Positions 47,651 through 57,635 are shown, numbered from the stretch's first letter. The stretch: DNA of 64,000 nucleotides from an uncultured Clostridia bacterium (GCA_937925475.1 CALEWH010000006.1:15490-79489); one strand, 5' to 3'. The notes: a model not told the origin generated them from the letters alone. Translations and numbers: made by a program.

Positions 47651-48964
47651 TTAAAATCTTCCTAGCGGATTAAACTTACCCGATTTCATTTGTTTCATCA
47701 TATCTTTTGCTTGAGCAAATTGCTTCAACAAAATATTTACATCTTGAATAGTAGTTCCGCTACCACTTGCTATTCTTTTCTTATGGCTTCCCTTTATTAT
47801 ATCAGGATTGGCGCGTTCTTTTGCGGTCATACTTTGTATGATTGCCTTATTTTTCGCAAGTGTAGTTTCGTCTACTTGACCAACCTTCATTTTGCTTGCA
47901 CCCGGTATCATACTGATAAGGTCATTGATATTGCCCATCTTCTTTACTTGGTCAAACTGAACCAAATAGTCGTCAAGTGTAAAACTGTTTTCTCTAAACT
48001 TCTTTTCAAGTTTTTTAGCTTCTTCTTCGGTCACAACTTGTTGGGCTTTTTCGATTAGTGTCAAAACATCGCCCATATTGAGAATACGACTTGCCATACG
48101 GTCAGGATAGAATGGCTCTATATCGTCCATCTTCTCGCCGATACCGCAAAACTTGATTGGCTTATTAACAACCGCTTTAATCGACAATGCCGCACCACCA
48201 CGAGTGTCGCCGTCCAGTTTTGTAAGTATAACACCGCTTATATCAAGTGCGTCATTAAAACTAGTCGCAACATTGACAGCGTCTTGACCAGTCATACTGT
48301 CGACAGTAAGCAAAATCTCTTTTGGATTGACTGCTTTTTTGATGTCTTTAAGTTCGGTCATCAACTCTTCATTGATATGAAGTCTACCCGCTGTATCAAT
48401 TATGACTACATCATAACCTTTTTTATCGGCATACTTAATTGCATTTTGAGCAGTCTTTTGCGGTTTGTTTGTGCCTTCGTCGTACACTTCGACATCGACA
48501 GACTTGCCCACAACTTTAAGTTGGTTTATTGCGGCGGGACGATAGATGTCACACGCAACCAAAAGTGGCTTCTTTCCTTGCTTTTTTAGATATTTTGCAA
48601 GTTTGCCACACATAGTAGTTTTGCCCGCACCCTGAAGTCCGCACATAAGTATAACAGTAGGTGGCGCACTGGCAAATTCGAGTTTTGAGTTTGTGCTTCC
48701 CATAAGAGAAGTCAACTCTTCATTGACAATTTTAACCACTTGTTGACCCGGTGTAAGCGACTTCATTACTCGCTCACCTTGACACTTTTCACTAATACTA
48801 GCAACAAGGTTTTTCACGACCATGTAGTTTACATCCGCTTCCAAAAGCGCAATCCTTATCTCACGCATTGCGTTTTTGATTTCAAGATCGGTCAGTTTGC
48901 CACGCTTAGTTATTTTTGAAAAGGCGTGATTAAGTTTTTCACTAAGTGAACCAAATAATGCCAT
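47651..48964 (-). CDS. ffh: Signal recognition particle protein Ffh
   Basis: 437 aa with GLQGAGKTT, DTAGR and TKLDGD motifs and a Met-rich M domain. Confidence 0.97.
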   Translation of the reverse strand: MALFGSLSEKLNHAFSKITKRGKLTDLEIKNAMREIRIALLEADVNYMVVKNLVASISEKCQGERVMKSLTPGQQVVKIVNEELTSLMGSTNSKLEFASAPPTVILMCGLQGAGKTTMCGKLAKYLKKQGKKPLLVACDIYRPAAINQLKVVGKSVDVEVYDEGTNKPQKTAQNAIKYADKKGYDVVIIDTAGRLHINEELMTELKDIKKAVNPKEILLTVDSMTGQDAVNVATSFNDALDISGVILTKLDGDTRGGAALSIKAVVNKPIKFCGIGEKMDDIEPFYPDRMASRILNMGDVLTLIEKAQQVVTEEEAKKLEKKFRENSFTLDDYLVQFDQVKKMGNINDLISMIPGASKMKVGQVDETTLAKNKAIIQSMTAKERANPDIIKGSHKKRIASGSGTTIQDVNILLKQFAQAKDMMKQMKSGKFNPLGRF

Positions 48965-49266
48965 CAGTCCTCCAAAACATCTAATACTTTTTCTATCGTG
49001 TCGTCATTTGTACCATCTTTCATTGCCAAAACTTTTGTGAGTTTTTGATACAACATAAGTCGGCTCTCATACCTTTCAAGTGCTTCGGTGCCTTGACGGA
49101 TTGTGTCCATAACACCTTGCCTACTTATCCCCTTCAACTCGCCTATTTCAGCCAAAGAATAGTCATTTGCATAGTACTCTGTAAGCATATCAAATTGTTT
49201 TTGAGTCAGCAAAGAACCATACAAATCAAGTAATTTATTTACTCTAATATTTTTTTCAATAGACAT
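48964..49266 (-). CDS. ylxM: YlxM (UPF0122) helix-turn-helix protein
   Basis: ORF 48964..49284 trimmed to ATG 49266, which has a GGAG RBS. It lies directly upstream of ffh, as in Bacillus and Clostridium. Confidence 0.85.
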   Translation of the reverse strand: MSIEKNIRVNKLLDLYGSLLTQKQFDMLTEYYANDYSLAEIGELKGISRQGVMDTIRQGTEALERYESRLMLYQKLTKVLAMKDGTNDDTIEKVLDVLED

Positions 49267-49274
49267 AGTTTCTC

Positions 49275-49314
49275 CAAAAAACAAATACTGTAAAGCAAAA
49301 TTACTTTACAGTAT
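49275..49314 (-). terminator. Rho-independent terminator of ftsY, abutting the ylxM RBS
   Basis: Reverse strand reads the 11-bp stem AUACUGUAAAG-uaauuuug-CUUUACAGUAU followed by UUGUUUUUU, then GGAGAAACUAUG. Confidence 0.6.
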
Positions 49315-49354
49315 TATATTATCTATATCAAATGATGTCAAGAGTTTTTTTGTA

Positions 49355-50251
49355 TTAAACAAAATTTTGTACAAAATCGTCTACATCAAACTCTATCATA
49401 TCGTCAAGTCCTTCTCCAACTCCCACAAATACAACTGGCAAATTGTATTGTTTTGCGATTGCAAAAACAACTCCGCCCTTTGCAGTGCCATCGAGTTTTG
49501 TAAGGACAATGCCATCAAGCCCTATCGCTTCATTAAAAACTTCGACTTGGCTTAAAGCATTTTGACCAGTTGTGGCGTCAATCACAAGGTAGTTTTTATG
49601 TTGAAAACCCTTTGACTCCCACTCACGCTCGATAATTCGATTGACCTTTTTAAGTTCTTCCATAAGATTGGTTTTATTGTGAAGTCTACCGGCAGTATCA
49701 ACTAGCACAACATCGTCCTTTTTGGCTACTGCACTGGCTATTCCGTCATATACAACCGCTCCTACATCAGCGCCTTCGTTGTATTTTACAATACGGCATT
49801 TGTTTCGATTTGCCCACTCGGTGAGTTGGTCAGATGCTGCCGCACGAAATGTGTCACCAGCAACAAACAATACTTTTTTCTTTTTTTGTGTGTAGTAGTG
49901 TGCGATTTTGCCGATAGATGTAGTTTTGCCCACACCATTAACTCCTACAAATGTGATAAGTGTAGGGTATTCTACTGGCTCGCTCTCGATAGACAAAACC
50001 TCTTTCATACTCTCTCTAAGCAGTGCCTTAAAGTCTTCTTCGGTCTTAACTTTTTTCTTTTTTGCAAGGCGTCTAACATTGTATATGATTTCGTCAGTCG
50101 CCTCAGTGCCCATATCACTACTTATTAAGATATACTCCAACTCTTCAAAAAACTCGTCGTCAAGTTCGCCCCTAAAAAGACCTGCTATCTTACTTACGAT
50201 AGCATCTTTGGTCTTTTTAAGTCCTGAAAATAGTTTTGAAAATATACCCAT
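49355..50251 (-). CDS. ftsY: Signal recognition particle receptor FtsY (short N-terminus)
   Basis: 298 aa with GVNGVGKTTS, DTAGR and TKLDGT. Confidence 0.95.
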   Translation of the reverse strand: MGIFSKLFSGLKKTKDAIVSKIAGLFRGELDDEFFEELEYILISSDMGTEATDEIIYNVRRLAKKKKVKTEEDFKALLRESMKEVLSIESEPVEYPTLITFVGVNGVGKTTSIGKIAHYYTQKKKKVLFVAGDTFRAAASDQLTEWANRNKCRIVKYNEGADVGAVVYDGIASAVAKKDDVVLVDTAGRLHNKTNLMEELKKVNRIIEREWESKGFQHKNYLVIDATTGQNALSQVEVFNEAIGLDGIVLTKLDGTAKGGVVFAIAKQYNLPVVFVGVGEGLDDMIEFDVDDFVQNFV

Positions 50252-53200
50252 TAGTTTTTCTCCACATGCTCAATGGCTTCGCTAAGTTTTACAGAAACAA
50301 TCTTACTTACACCCTTTTCTTCCATTGTTACACCATACAATATGTCAGCGTGTTCCATAGTAGGCTTTTTATGGGTTATAACAATAAATTGGGTCTCTTC
50401 GCTGTACTTTTTCAAGTACTTTGCAAATCTGCCAACATTGGCTTCGTCTAGCGCTGCTTCTATCTCGTCTAGCAGACAGAATGGCATTGGTCTTAGTCTA
50501 AGTATCGCAAACAAAATTGCAATGGCTGTAAGTGATTTTTCACCACCACTTAGAAGTGTGATGTTGCTAAGTTTTTTCCCTGGTGGCTCGGCGATAATAT
50601 CTACGCCCGCTTCCAAAACATCGTCACTCTCAACAAGTTCGAGTCTTGCTTTTCCACCGCCAAACAATTCTTTAAACACAAGACCAAAGTTTTCGTTGAT
50701 TTTGTCAAACTCTTCTTTAAATCTTGCAGTCATTTCATCGGCAAGTTCTTTGATTATCTTTTTCAAGTCGTCTTCGGCTTGCATCAAGTCTTTGGCTTGA
50801 TTGTACATATCACCATGGCGTTCTTGCAATGCCTTGTAGTCTTCAATAGCATTGACATTGATATTTCCTAGTTTGATTATTTCCCTTTTTATGCGATTTA
50901 TCTCCGGCAATGCTGTCTTTATGTCAAACAAATCTTGTTTGTATTCGAGTGCTGTGTTGTATGTTACTTCATACTCTGTCCAAACACGCTCTTGCATTGT
51001 TTCAATATCAGTATCAACCTTTGTCAAGTTTAACTCTTGTTGATACTTCTTGTCTTGAAGTTTTGATACTTCATTGCCTAGATTCATACGACTTTCTTCA
51101 AGCATACGCAATGAAGCTTGCATTTTCATTTTGTCATCATTTAGCGATGATAGTTTTGCTTTGATGTCGTCAAGTTCTTTCATATTTTCTATTGTGTCAA
51201 TAGAAGTACTTGCTTCACCAAATGTAACCTTAAACTTTTCCAATTGCTCACTTGTAGAAGTATAAGAAATTTGCATATTTGTTAGGCTTGCTTTGGTGTT
51301 TTCCAAGTCTAACACAAGACGATTTTGTTCTTGTTTTAAGGATATAATTTCGCTCTCGATTTGCGCGTTTTGTACTTTTAGCGAAACAAGTTCGGCATTG
51401 TACTCATCGCGTTTTGCTCTAAGGTCGCCAAATTGTACTCCACCAAGACCACTTTCACTTACTTCTATGCCCTTTTCACTGCTGTTTAGTTTGTTAAGTT
51501 GAGCATCAATACTGCTAAGCATTTGCTTTGTTTTTTCAATGTCAGCAAGCACTTTGTTGCGTTGGTTTTCAAGGTCAAATGTAAGGTCGTGATATTTATT
51601 GAAAACCTCTTGGTGTTGGGCAATACTTACTTCTTTATTGTGCAAATCCAAAGTCAAATTGCGTGCAGTGTCATTTGACAAGTCAAGTTTTTTGACACAC
51701 GCATCATATTCGGATTGTTTTTGGGTCTTCTCTTTTTCAAGACGCTCGATTGCTTGGCGAGTATTTGAAATATCGTTGTCACGAGAAAGTAGATTTGTGA
51801 CTTGTGCCTTTTTACTACCACCAGTAATCGAACCTTGCGGATTGATAATATCTCCGTCAAGTGTAACTATGCGGAATTGATAATTGGATTGCATAGCGAT
51901 AGAAACCGCATTGTTGATGTTGTTTACGACTACTGTGCTACCTAGAAGACTACTAATGACATTGCTAATTTGTTTGTCATAAGATATAAGGTCGCTAGCA
52001 AGACCAAAACAACCTTCGTGATTAAGCAAATTATTATACGATTTATCAAAATAGCGTGGCTTAACTGTATTTATAGGCAAGAATGTGATACGGCCATACT
52101 CTTTGGATTTTAGATAGTTGATAAGTTCTTTGGCGTTGTTGTCCGAATATGTAACAATGTTTTGGACACCATTTCCAAGCGCCATTTCAATCGCTGTTTG
52201 ATATGTAGCAGGCACTTTGATAAGGTTTGCCACAACTCCCACGATTTTCTTTTTCAACTCAGCATTGCGTTCGGCGTCAGACAATAGTCTTCGCACACTG
52301 CCATTGTATCCTTCATACTCTTTTTGCATATCAACAAGCATTTTAAGTCTTTGTTGCATAGAAAAAATGTTTGAAGAAGTGGTGTTTATTTCATTTTCTT
52401 TTTCTTTTACATCGTTTGTTTGACCTTGCAAAACATTTAGAGTGTAATCAAGTTCTTTTTGAGTTTTATTCTTCTCTATCGCCAACTTTTGAATGACATC
52501 TTGCTCGGCTTTTAGTTTTTCATTGCTGTCATTGTATTTAGCTACTATATCTCTTAAAGAGTCATTGTAGGCCGACAAATTTGAGTTGTAAGAATTTTTC
52601 TCGGCATTAAGTGCAGATATTTGCGCCTTAACATCGCCAAGTTTGCTTAGTGCGTCAAACAACTTCTTTTGTGTGTCTTCTACTTCGCTTTCGCTTGTGG
52701 CTAGTTGGGCAGAGATACTATCGTATTTCTCTTGCAAGTCGCTTGTCTTAGATCTGCTTAAATACAATTCGTTTTCTTTGGCTGAAATACTGTTTTTATT
52801 GTTGTAGATTTGTTGTTCGAGATTGGCCTTTTGCTCGGTCAAGCGCTTAACTTCTTCGCTAAGTCTTAGGCTCTCAACTTCCAAATTGCGAAGACGCTCT
52901 TTTATAAGATTGGTCTCACCTGCTTGTTTTTCAATGCCAACTGTAAGTTCGAGCATTTTATCACGAAGTTCTGTCACATGTTCGTCAAGGTGATTGATTT
53001 TTTCAAATGTCGAGTTGTATTCGGCAATAACCTTATCTAGTTCGGCTTGACGACCATTCATCTCTTCGACAATGCCTGCGATTTTTGTGTTGATAATCTC
53101 TTTATTTGTACTCGCATAGTCATATTGATGAATGTATGCGTTTATCTCCAAAACTTTTAGTTTTTCCTTATATTCAAGATATGTCTTGGCTGTTTCGGAT

Positions 53201-53823
53201 TGGCGTTTTAAAGGCGCAAGTTGGCGGTCGATTTCTGAAATGATGTCATTGATACGAGTCAAATTGTCGCGTGTACGATCAAGTTTGCGCTCAGATTCGA
53301 CTTTCTTTGCTTTAAACTTAGCAATACCGGCGGCTTCTTCAAATATGGCTCTACGGTCTTCGGGTTTGCTATTAATGATCTCTTCGACCTTACCTTGTCC
53401 GATAATCGAATAACCGCTTTTACCGATACCGCTATCATGCAACATATCGATTATGTCTTTAAGTCTACAAGGTGCACGATTGATCATATACTCGCTCTCA
53501 CCGCTACGATAAAGTTTACGAGTAATAACTATTTCTTCATATTCGCTACGGAATATCTTGTTTGAATTGTCAAAACACAAAGACACTTCGCAAAAACTAA
53601 GGCTCTTGCGTTTTTCAGTGCCTTTGAAGATAACATCTTGCATACTTGTACCACGAAGCATCTTACTAGATTGTTCGCCAAGTACCCAGCGGATAGCGTC
53701 AGCAACATTACTTTTTCCACAACCATTAGGGCCGACAATCGCAGTTATGCCTTCGCCAAAAGTAATTTTAATGGGGTCAGCAAATGATTTAAAACCCACC
53801 ATTTCAATTTGTTTAAAGTTCAA
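50251..53823 (-). CDS. smc: Chromosome partition protein Smc
   Basis: ORF 50251..53841, with the start moved to TTG 53823 because GGAGG lies 6 nt upstream. It has Walker A GPNGCGKSN, long coiled coils, a hinge, the LSGGEKSLTA signature and LLDEIEAALD. Confidence 0.97.
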   Translation of the reverse strand: MNFKQIEMVGFKSFADPIKITFGEGITAIVGPNGCGKSNVADAIRWVLGEQSSKMLRGTSMQDVIFKGTEKRKSLSFCEVSLCFDNSNKIFRSEYEEIVITRKLYRSGESEYMINRAPCRLKDIIDMLHDSGIGKSGYSIIGQGKVEEIINSKPEDRRAIFEEAAGIAKFKAKKVESERKLDRTRDNLTRINDIISEIDRQLAPLKRQSETAKTYLEYKEKLKVLEINAYIHQYDYASTNKEIINTKIAGIVEEMNGRQAELDKVIAEYNSTFEKINHLDEHVTELRDKMLELTVGIEKQAGETNLIKERLRNLEVESLRLSEEVKRLTEQKANLEQQIYNNKNSISAKENELYLSRSKTSDLQEKYDSISAQLATSESEVEDTQKKLFDALSKLGDVKAQISALNAEKNSYNSNLSAYNDSLRDIVAKYNDSNEKLKAEQDVIQKLAIEKNKTQKELDYTLNVLQGQTNDVKEKENEINTTSSNIFSMQQRLKMLVDMQKEYEGYNGSVRRLLSDAERNAELKKKIVGVVANLIKVPATYQTAIEMALGNGVQNIVTYSDNNAKELINYLKSKEYGRITFLPINTVKPRYFDKSYNNLLNHEGCFGLASDLISYDKQISNVISSLLGSTVVVNNINNAVSIAMQSNYQFRIVTLDGDIINPQGSITGGSKKAQVTNLLSRDNDISNTRQAIERLEKEKTQKQSEYDACVKKLDLSNDTARNLTLDLHNKEVSIAQHQEVFNKYHDLTFDLENQRNKVLADIEKTKQMLSSIDAQLNKLNSSEKGIEVSESGLGGVQFGDLRAKRDEYNAELVSLKVQNAQIESEIISLKQEQNRLVLDLENTKASLTNMQISYTSTSEQLEKFKVTFGEASTSIDTIENMKELDDIKAKLSSLNDDKMKMQASLRMLEESRMNLGNEVSKLQDKKYQQELNLTKVDTDIETMQERVWTEYEVTYNTALEYKQDLFDIKTALPEINRIKREIIKLGNINVNAIEDYKALQERHGDMYNQAKDLMQAEDDLKKIIKELADEMTARFKEEFDKINENFGLVFKELFGGGKARLELVESDDVLEAGVDIIAEPPGKKLSNITLLSGGEKSLTAIAILFAILRLRPMPFCLLDEIEAALDEANVGRFAKYLKKYSEETQFIVITHKKPTMEHADILYGVTMEEKGVSKIVSVKLSEAIEHVEKN

Positions 53824-53901
53824 AATATGCCTCCAAATCAATAAGTCTATTGCATTATATCACAACCAAGTATGTTTTCCAAAACAATTTAGCCACACAA
53901 A

Positions 53902-53931
53902 CAAAAAAACGCCCACATTTATAGGCGTTTT
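53902..53931 (-). terminator. Rho-independent terminator of rnc
   Basis: Reverse strand reads AACGCC-uauaaaugug-GGCGUU followed by UUUUUGU. Confidence 0.65.
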
Positions 53932-53940
53932 TGTATCATT

Positions 53941-54597
53941 TTAAAACTTTGAAAGTACTATTTTTGCACACTCTTGTTCACACATTTTGTGGCTTTTACC
54001 AGTGGTACTAGCTACTCTTACATTGTCTACAAACAAAGCAACAGTAAAGGTCTTGTCATCGTCCTTGCCTTCTTGCGAAATCACTTCAAATCGCATTGAC
54101 TTTTGTGGAATGTATGATTGCAATTTTTCTTGCAAGGTTGTTTTGTAGTCGATATGTTCTTTCACAAATGTAAGCACGCAGTGTTTGCTTTTCAACAACA
54201 TTCGATTTACAAATTCTTTTGCCTTATCCATTCCACCATCAAAATAGATGCTTGCAAGTATGCTCTCAAATATATCTGCCCTTATACTATCAGACACTTT
54301 TTGAACGCTTTTGCCAGTGAGTATATATTTGTCAATTTGGTTTTGCGCGATGATACTTGCAAAAGTACTAGTAGAAACTAGTTTTGCACGATACTTGCTA
54401 AGCTCGCCCGCGTCCAAATCGAAGTTTTTGTAAAGATACTCGCCCACTATAAAATCAGCAAGCGCGTCCCCTACATATTCGAGTCTTTCATAACTCTCGC
54501 AGTTGTTGTCGTGCGCAAAACTTATGTGAGTGAGTGCGACTTTTAAAAGGTTTTTGTCTTTGAAATCATAACCTAAAATTTGTTGTAAATTATTCAT
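53941..54597 (-). CDS. rnc: Ribonuclease III
   Basis: 218 aa with the signature ERLEYVGDA and a C-terminal dsRBD. Confidence 0.95.
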   Translation of the reverse strand: MNNLQQILGYDFKDKNLLKVALTHISFAHDNNCESYERLEYVGDALADFIVGEYLYKNFDLDAGELSKYRAKLVSTSTFASIIAQNQIDKYILTGKSVQKVSDSIRADIFESILASIYFDGGMDKAKEFVNRMLLKSKHCVLTFVKEHIDYKTTLQEKLQSYIPQKSMRFEVISQEGKDDDKTFTVALFVDNVRVASTTGKSHKMCEQECAKIVLSKF

Positions 54598-55615
54598 TTT
54601 CTATATCCAAGTGTACATTTTCTATGTCTTTGGCAATGCTGTTTACAACATCAGCCTTGTGAGCTTCCACAACTTGCATAATGCTTGCACAAAAACTCTC
54701 AGCACTACTACTGCCATGTGACTTTATTACGAGTTTTTTACAGCCAAGCAAGCACGCACCGCCCTTTGTGTTGTAATCCAAAACACCTTTAAGATTGTTG
54801 AAAGATTTTTTCATAAATAGGTAGCCGATTTTGCTCCAAAAACTGCTTTTTATTTCCTTTTTCAACATTGACAAAAGTGCCAAAATAGCGCCTTCGCTAC
54901 TCTTTAAAAGCACATTGCCAGCAAACGCATCAGTTACGACCAAGTCGTAGTCGCCAGAAAGAAGTTCGCGCGCTTCCATATTGCCCACAAAGTTGATGCC
55001 TTCCAAGTCTTTTAAAAGTGGATAAACTGCCTTGCATAGTTCGTTTCCTTTGTGTTCTTCGACACCAACATTAAGCAAAGCAATGCGTGGCTTTTCAATG
55101 CCAAAAACATTTTTTAGATATGCATTTCCCATAAGTGCAAAGTGTACAAGATTGATTGGTTTTGCATCCATATTTGCTCCACAATCGCAAATGGCTACAA
55201 TGCCACCTTTCTTTGTAGGAAGGATTGGGCAAAGCGCTGGGCGTGAAACTCCTTGTAGTCTGCCAAGTTTTAAAAACGCACCTGTAAGAACTGCACCTGT
55301 ACTTCCACCACTAACCATTCCCACAACTTCTTCGTTTGTGCGAAGTTCGTTTATGGTCTTAACAAGCGACGACTCGGTTTTTTGGCGTATGGCAACTGTC
55401 GGAGTGTCATCGTTTGTGATGACATCAGTCGCATTTATTATGCTTATTTGTTTTGGATTATATTTTTCTTTATCCAACAACTCTTTAATTTTGTTTTCGT
55501 CGCCCACAATTACGACATGAAGTTCTTTGTCCTTATTGACCGCTAAAACACTGCCTTTTACTGTGGCGTTTGGTGCATTGTCGCCACCCATTCCGTCAAT
55601 TATTACTTTATACAT
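54590..55615 (-). CDS. plsX: Phosphate acyltransferase PlsX
   Basis: ORF 54590..55645 trimmed to ATG 55615. It begins MYKVIIDGMGGDNAP. Its stop overlaps the rnc start by 8 nt. Confidence 0.95.
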   Translation of the reverse strand: MYKVIIDGMGGDNAPNATVKGSVLAVNKDKELHVVIVGDENKIKELLDKEKYNPKQISIINATDVITNDDTPTVAIRQKTESSLVKTINELRTNEEVVGMVSGGSTGAVLTGAFLKLGRLQGVSRPALCPILPTKKGGIVAICDCGANMDAKPINLVHFALMGNAYLKNVFGIEKPRIALLNVGVEEHKGNELCKAVYPLLKDLEGINFVGNMEARELLSGDYDLVVTDAFAGNVLLKSSEGAILALLSMLKKEIKSSFWSKIGYLFMKKSFNNLKGVLDYNTKGGACLLGCKKLVIKSHGSSSAESFCASIMQVVEAHKADVVNSIAKDIENVHLDIENE

Positions 55616-57299
55616 TGTACAACTCCTTTTTTGTGTTACTATCATTAAATGTTATGTTTTTAATTTGACCGCCTTCGATTTCGACTACTTTATTGCACAC
55701 TTCGGCAACAATTGTGTTTGCACTGAAAATTATGATTGTGCGAGTGCCTTGCAATCTAGTCAAAACATTATATATTTCTGCTTTATCACTCTCACTTATA
55801 TTTGTAGGGATTTCGTAAATTAGCACAACTCCCGAATTGCTCAACAAACATCTTGCAAGGCCTAGCAAAAATTTGCTTTTATTGCTTAGCACATTTGGGG
55901 ACAAGTCAAGTTTTTCCTTAAATGACATTATTTCATTGTATATTCCCACATCTTCTAGTGCTTTTTTGATTTTCTTGCGATTTGCAGACACTATCTTCAT
56001 CTCTTTTAAAATCGTGTCATAGAAAAAGTATGGCTTGCTTGTACAATAAGTTACATTTTTATTGTATGCCTTTTTCGAATACTCACCTATCTCCAAGCCG
56101 TCTATGTACACATGCCCTTTATCTGGGTCGGCTGTGCGAGTCAAAATCTCAAATATTGTGCGTTTGCCCGATTTTCTAGCACCTGTGATTAGCACACTGT
56201 CGCCTTCTTTAACATGGAAGTTGATGTCTTTAAGTGATGTACGCACTTCATCATCTGTCTTTTTTGCATAAAACAAGTCGATAAAGTCGATAGTTCCTAG
56301 TACATCATCATAGTTGTTTTTGCCAAAACGGACTGCGTCACGCTCGGTAAATTCACAAACAGTGTTTACTCTATTGACGCTGACTATTGTGTTTTTAAGG
56401 TCAGTAAAGACTGTCAAAAACTCATTGGACATATTGATACAACTGCTTATGTACGGAACAACGATAAGATAGTTTTCTAGGTTCATCGAATTTTTCGACA
56501 CAAGCACAACTAAAAATATTGTAACTACACATATAAAAATGTTGCACCAAACATAATACCAGTTGTCGATAGCAGATGCCCAGTGTTGACGCTTAGCAAA
56601 CTCTTTAACATAGTTTTCGCTGTTTTTCTTTACATTTTTGAGCATTTGCTCTTTTAACTTTTCGCTTTGAATATAGTCCTTGGCTTCCAAGACTTTCGAG
56701 AACTCTGCAAACTCGCTATCTACGGCTTCACGAATTCGTTTTGTGCCCTTTGCATAGTAGGTTTGGAGAATGGAAATTAAAAGGCTATTTACTATAATCA
56801 TAAGCAGTATAACCAACGAAACCCATGGATTTATAAAGCACACTATTCCTAGTGTAATCAATACCTGCAATAGTCTTCCCAGTTTTCCAGTCAGTGTGTC
56901 ACCAAAATTTGCAACTGTGTACACATCTGCATGAAAGATATTCATAAGTTTGTTTGCACTGTTGATTTTAAAGTTTTCATTATCGGCTACAAATATCTTT
57001 TTTACTATCTCACTTTGAAGTCTTGTAAATGTACTCTCGTACAATTTAGGATGCGTCATATATTTTGGATGCAACAATACATTTCTAAGTGCATATAGTA
57101 GTACTCCACACAAAAGATATATTATCGCCATTTTGTAGTTGTTGACAGTAAGTGAAGTGATTACTTTGGCTGAAAAAATAGGTTCGATTACTATACAAAT
57201 CCTATACAAACATGACGAAAGCAAGGATATGAAAAAGTACTTTTTGCTGGGCTTTGCAAAGTCCCACCATTTTTTGAGCATATATAGGTTTTCTTTCAT
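55608..57299 (-). CDS. ABC exporter-type half transporter (TMD-NBD) with a degenerate nucleotide-binding domain
   Basis: ORF 55608..57362 trimmed to ATG 57299, which has a GAGGA RBS. A six-helix exporter TMD is followed by an NBD fold with Walker A GARKSGKRT, signature LSNKSKF, Walker B VVLIYE and no H-loop His (IIFSANT). An extended -10 TGaTATTAT lies at 57330..57322. Confidence 0.85.
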   Translation of the reverse strand: MKENLYMLKKWWDFAKPSKKYFFISLLSSCLYRICIVIEPIFSAKVITSLTVNNYKMAIIYLLCGVLLYALRNVLLHPKYMTHPKLYESTFTRLQSEIVKKIFVADNENFKINSANKLMNIFHADVYTVANFGDTLTGKLGRLLQVLITLGIVCFINPWVSLVILLMIIVNSLLISILQTYYAKGTKRIREAVDSEFAEFSKVLEAKDYIQSEKLKEQMLKNVKKNSENYVKEFAKRQHWASAIDNWYYVWCNIFICVVTIFLVVLVSKNSMNLENYLIVVPYISSCINMSNEFLTVFTDLKNTIVSVNRVNTVCEFTERDAVRFGKNNYDDVLGTIDFIDLFYAKKTDDEVRTSLKDINFHVKEGDSVLITGARKSGKRTIFEILTRTADPDKGHVYIDGLEIGEYSKKAYNKNVTYCTSKPYFFYDTILKEMKIVSANRKKIKKALEDVGIYNEIMSFKEKLDLSPNVLSNKSKFLLGLARCLLSNSGVVLIYEIPTNISESDKAEIYNVLTRLQGTRTIIIFSANTIVAEVCNKVVEIEGGQIKNITFNDSNTKKELYNV

Positions 57300-57360
57300 A
57301 TGTATTCCTCTAACACTCAATATAATATCACATAAATACTTTTTATAAAAACATTTTAGC

Positions 57361-57391
57361 AAAAAAATAAAGACCGCTAAGTGCGGTCTTT
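57361..57391 (-). terminator. Rho-independent terminator of rpmF
   Basis: Reverse strand reads AAAGACCGC-acuua-GCGGUCUUU followed by AUUUUUUU. Confidence 0.75.
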
Positions 57392-57398
57392 ACAAAAA

Positions 57399-57605
57399 CT
57401 ATTTAGTTTCGTTGTTTTCTTTTTTATCTTTGGCTACGACAATTTTTTGTTCGCCATCATAATAACCACATTTTTTGCAAACTCTGTGGTTTTCTTTTAA
57501 TTCGTGACAATGTGGACACTCAACAAGAGAAGGTGTAGAAATCTTCCAATTTGCTTTTCTTGAATTTCGTCTTGCCTTTGATACTTTACCCTTTGGCGCT
57601 ATCAT
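57399..57605 (-). CDS. rpmF: 50S ribosomal protein L32 (Zn-ribbon form)
   Basis: 68 aa with APKGKVSKARRNSRKA and CPHC...CKKC, preceded by a GGGAGGTG RBS. Confidence 0.95.
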   Translation of the reverse strand: MIAPKGKVSKARRNSRKANWKISTPSLVECPHCHELKENHRVCKKCGYYDGEQKIVVAKDKKENNETK

Positions 57606-57635
57606 ATTGCACCTCCCTATTTATTTTGCTCTAAG

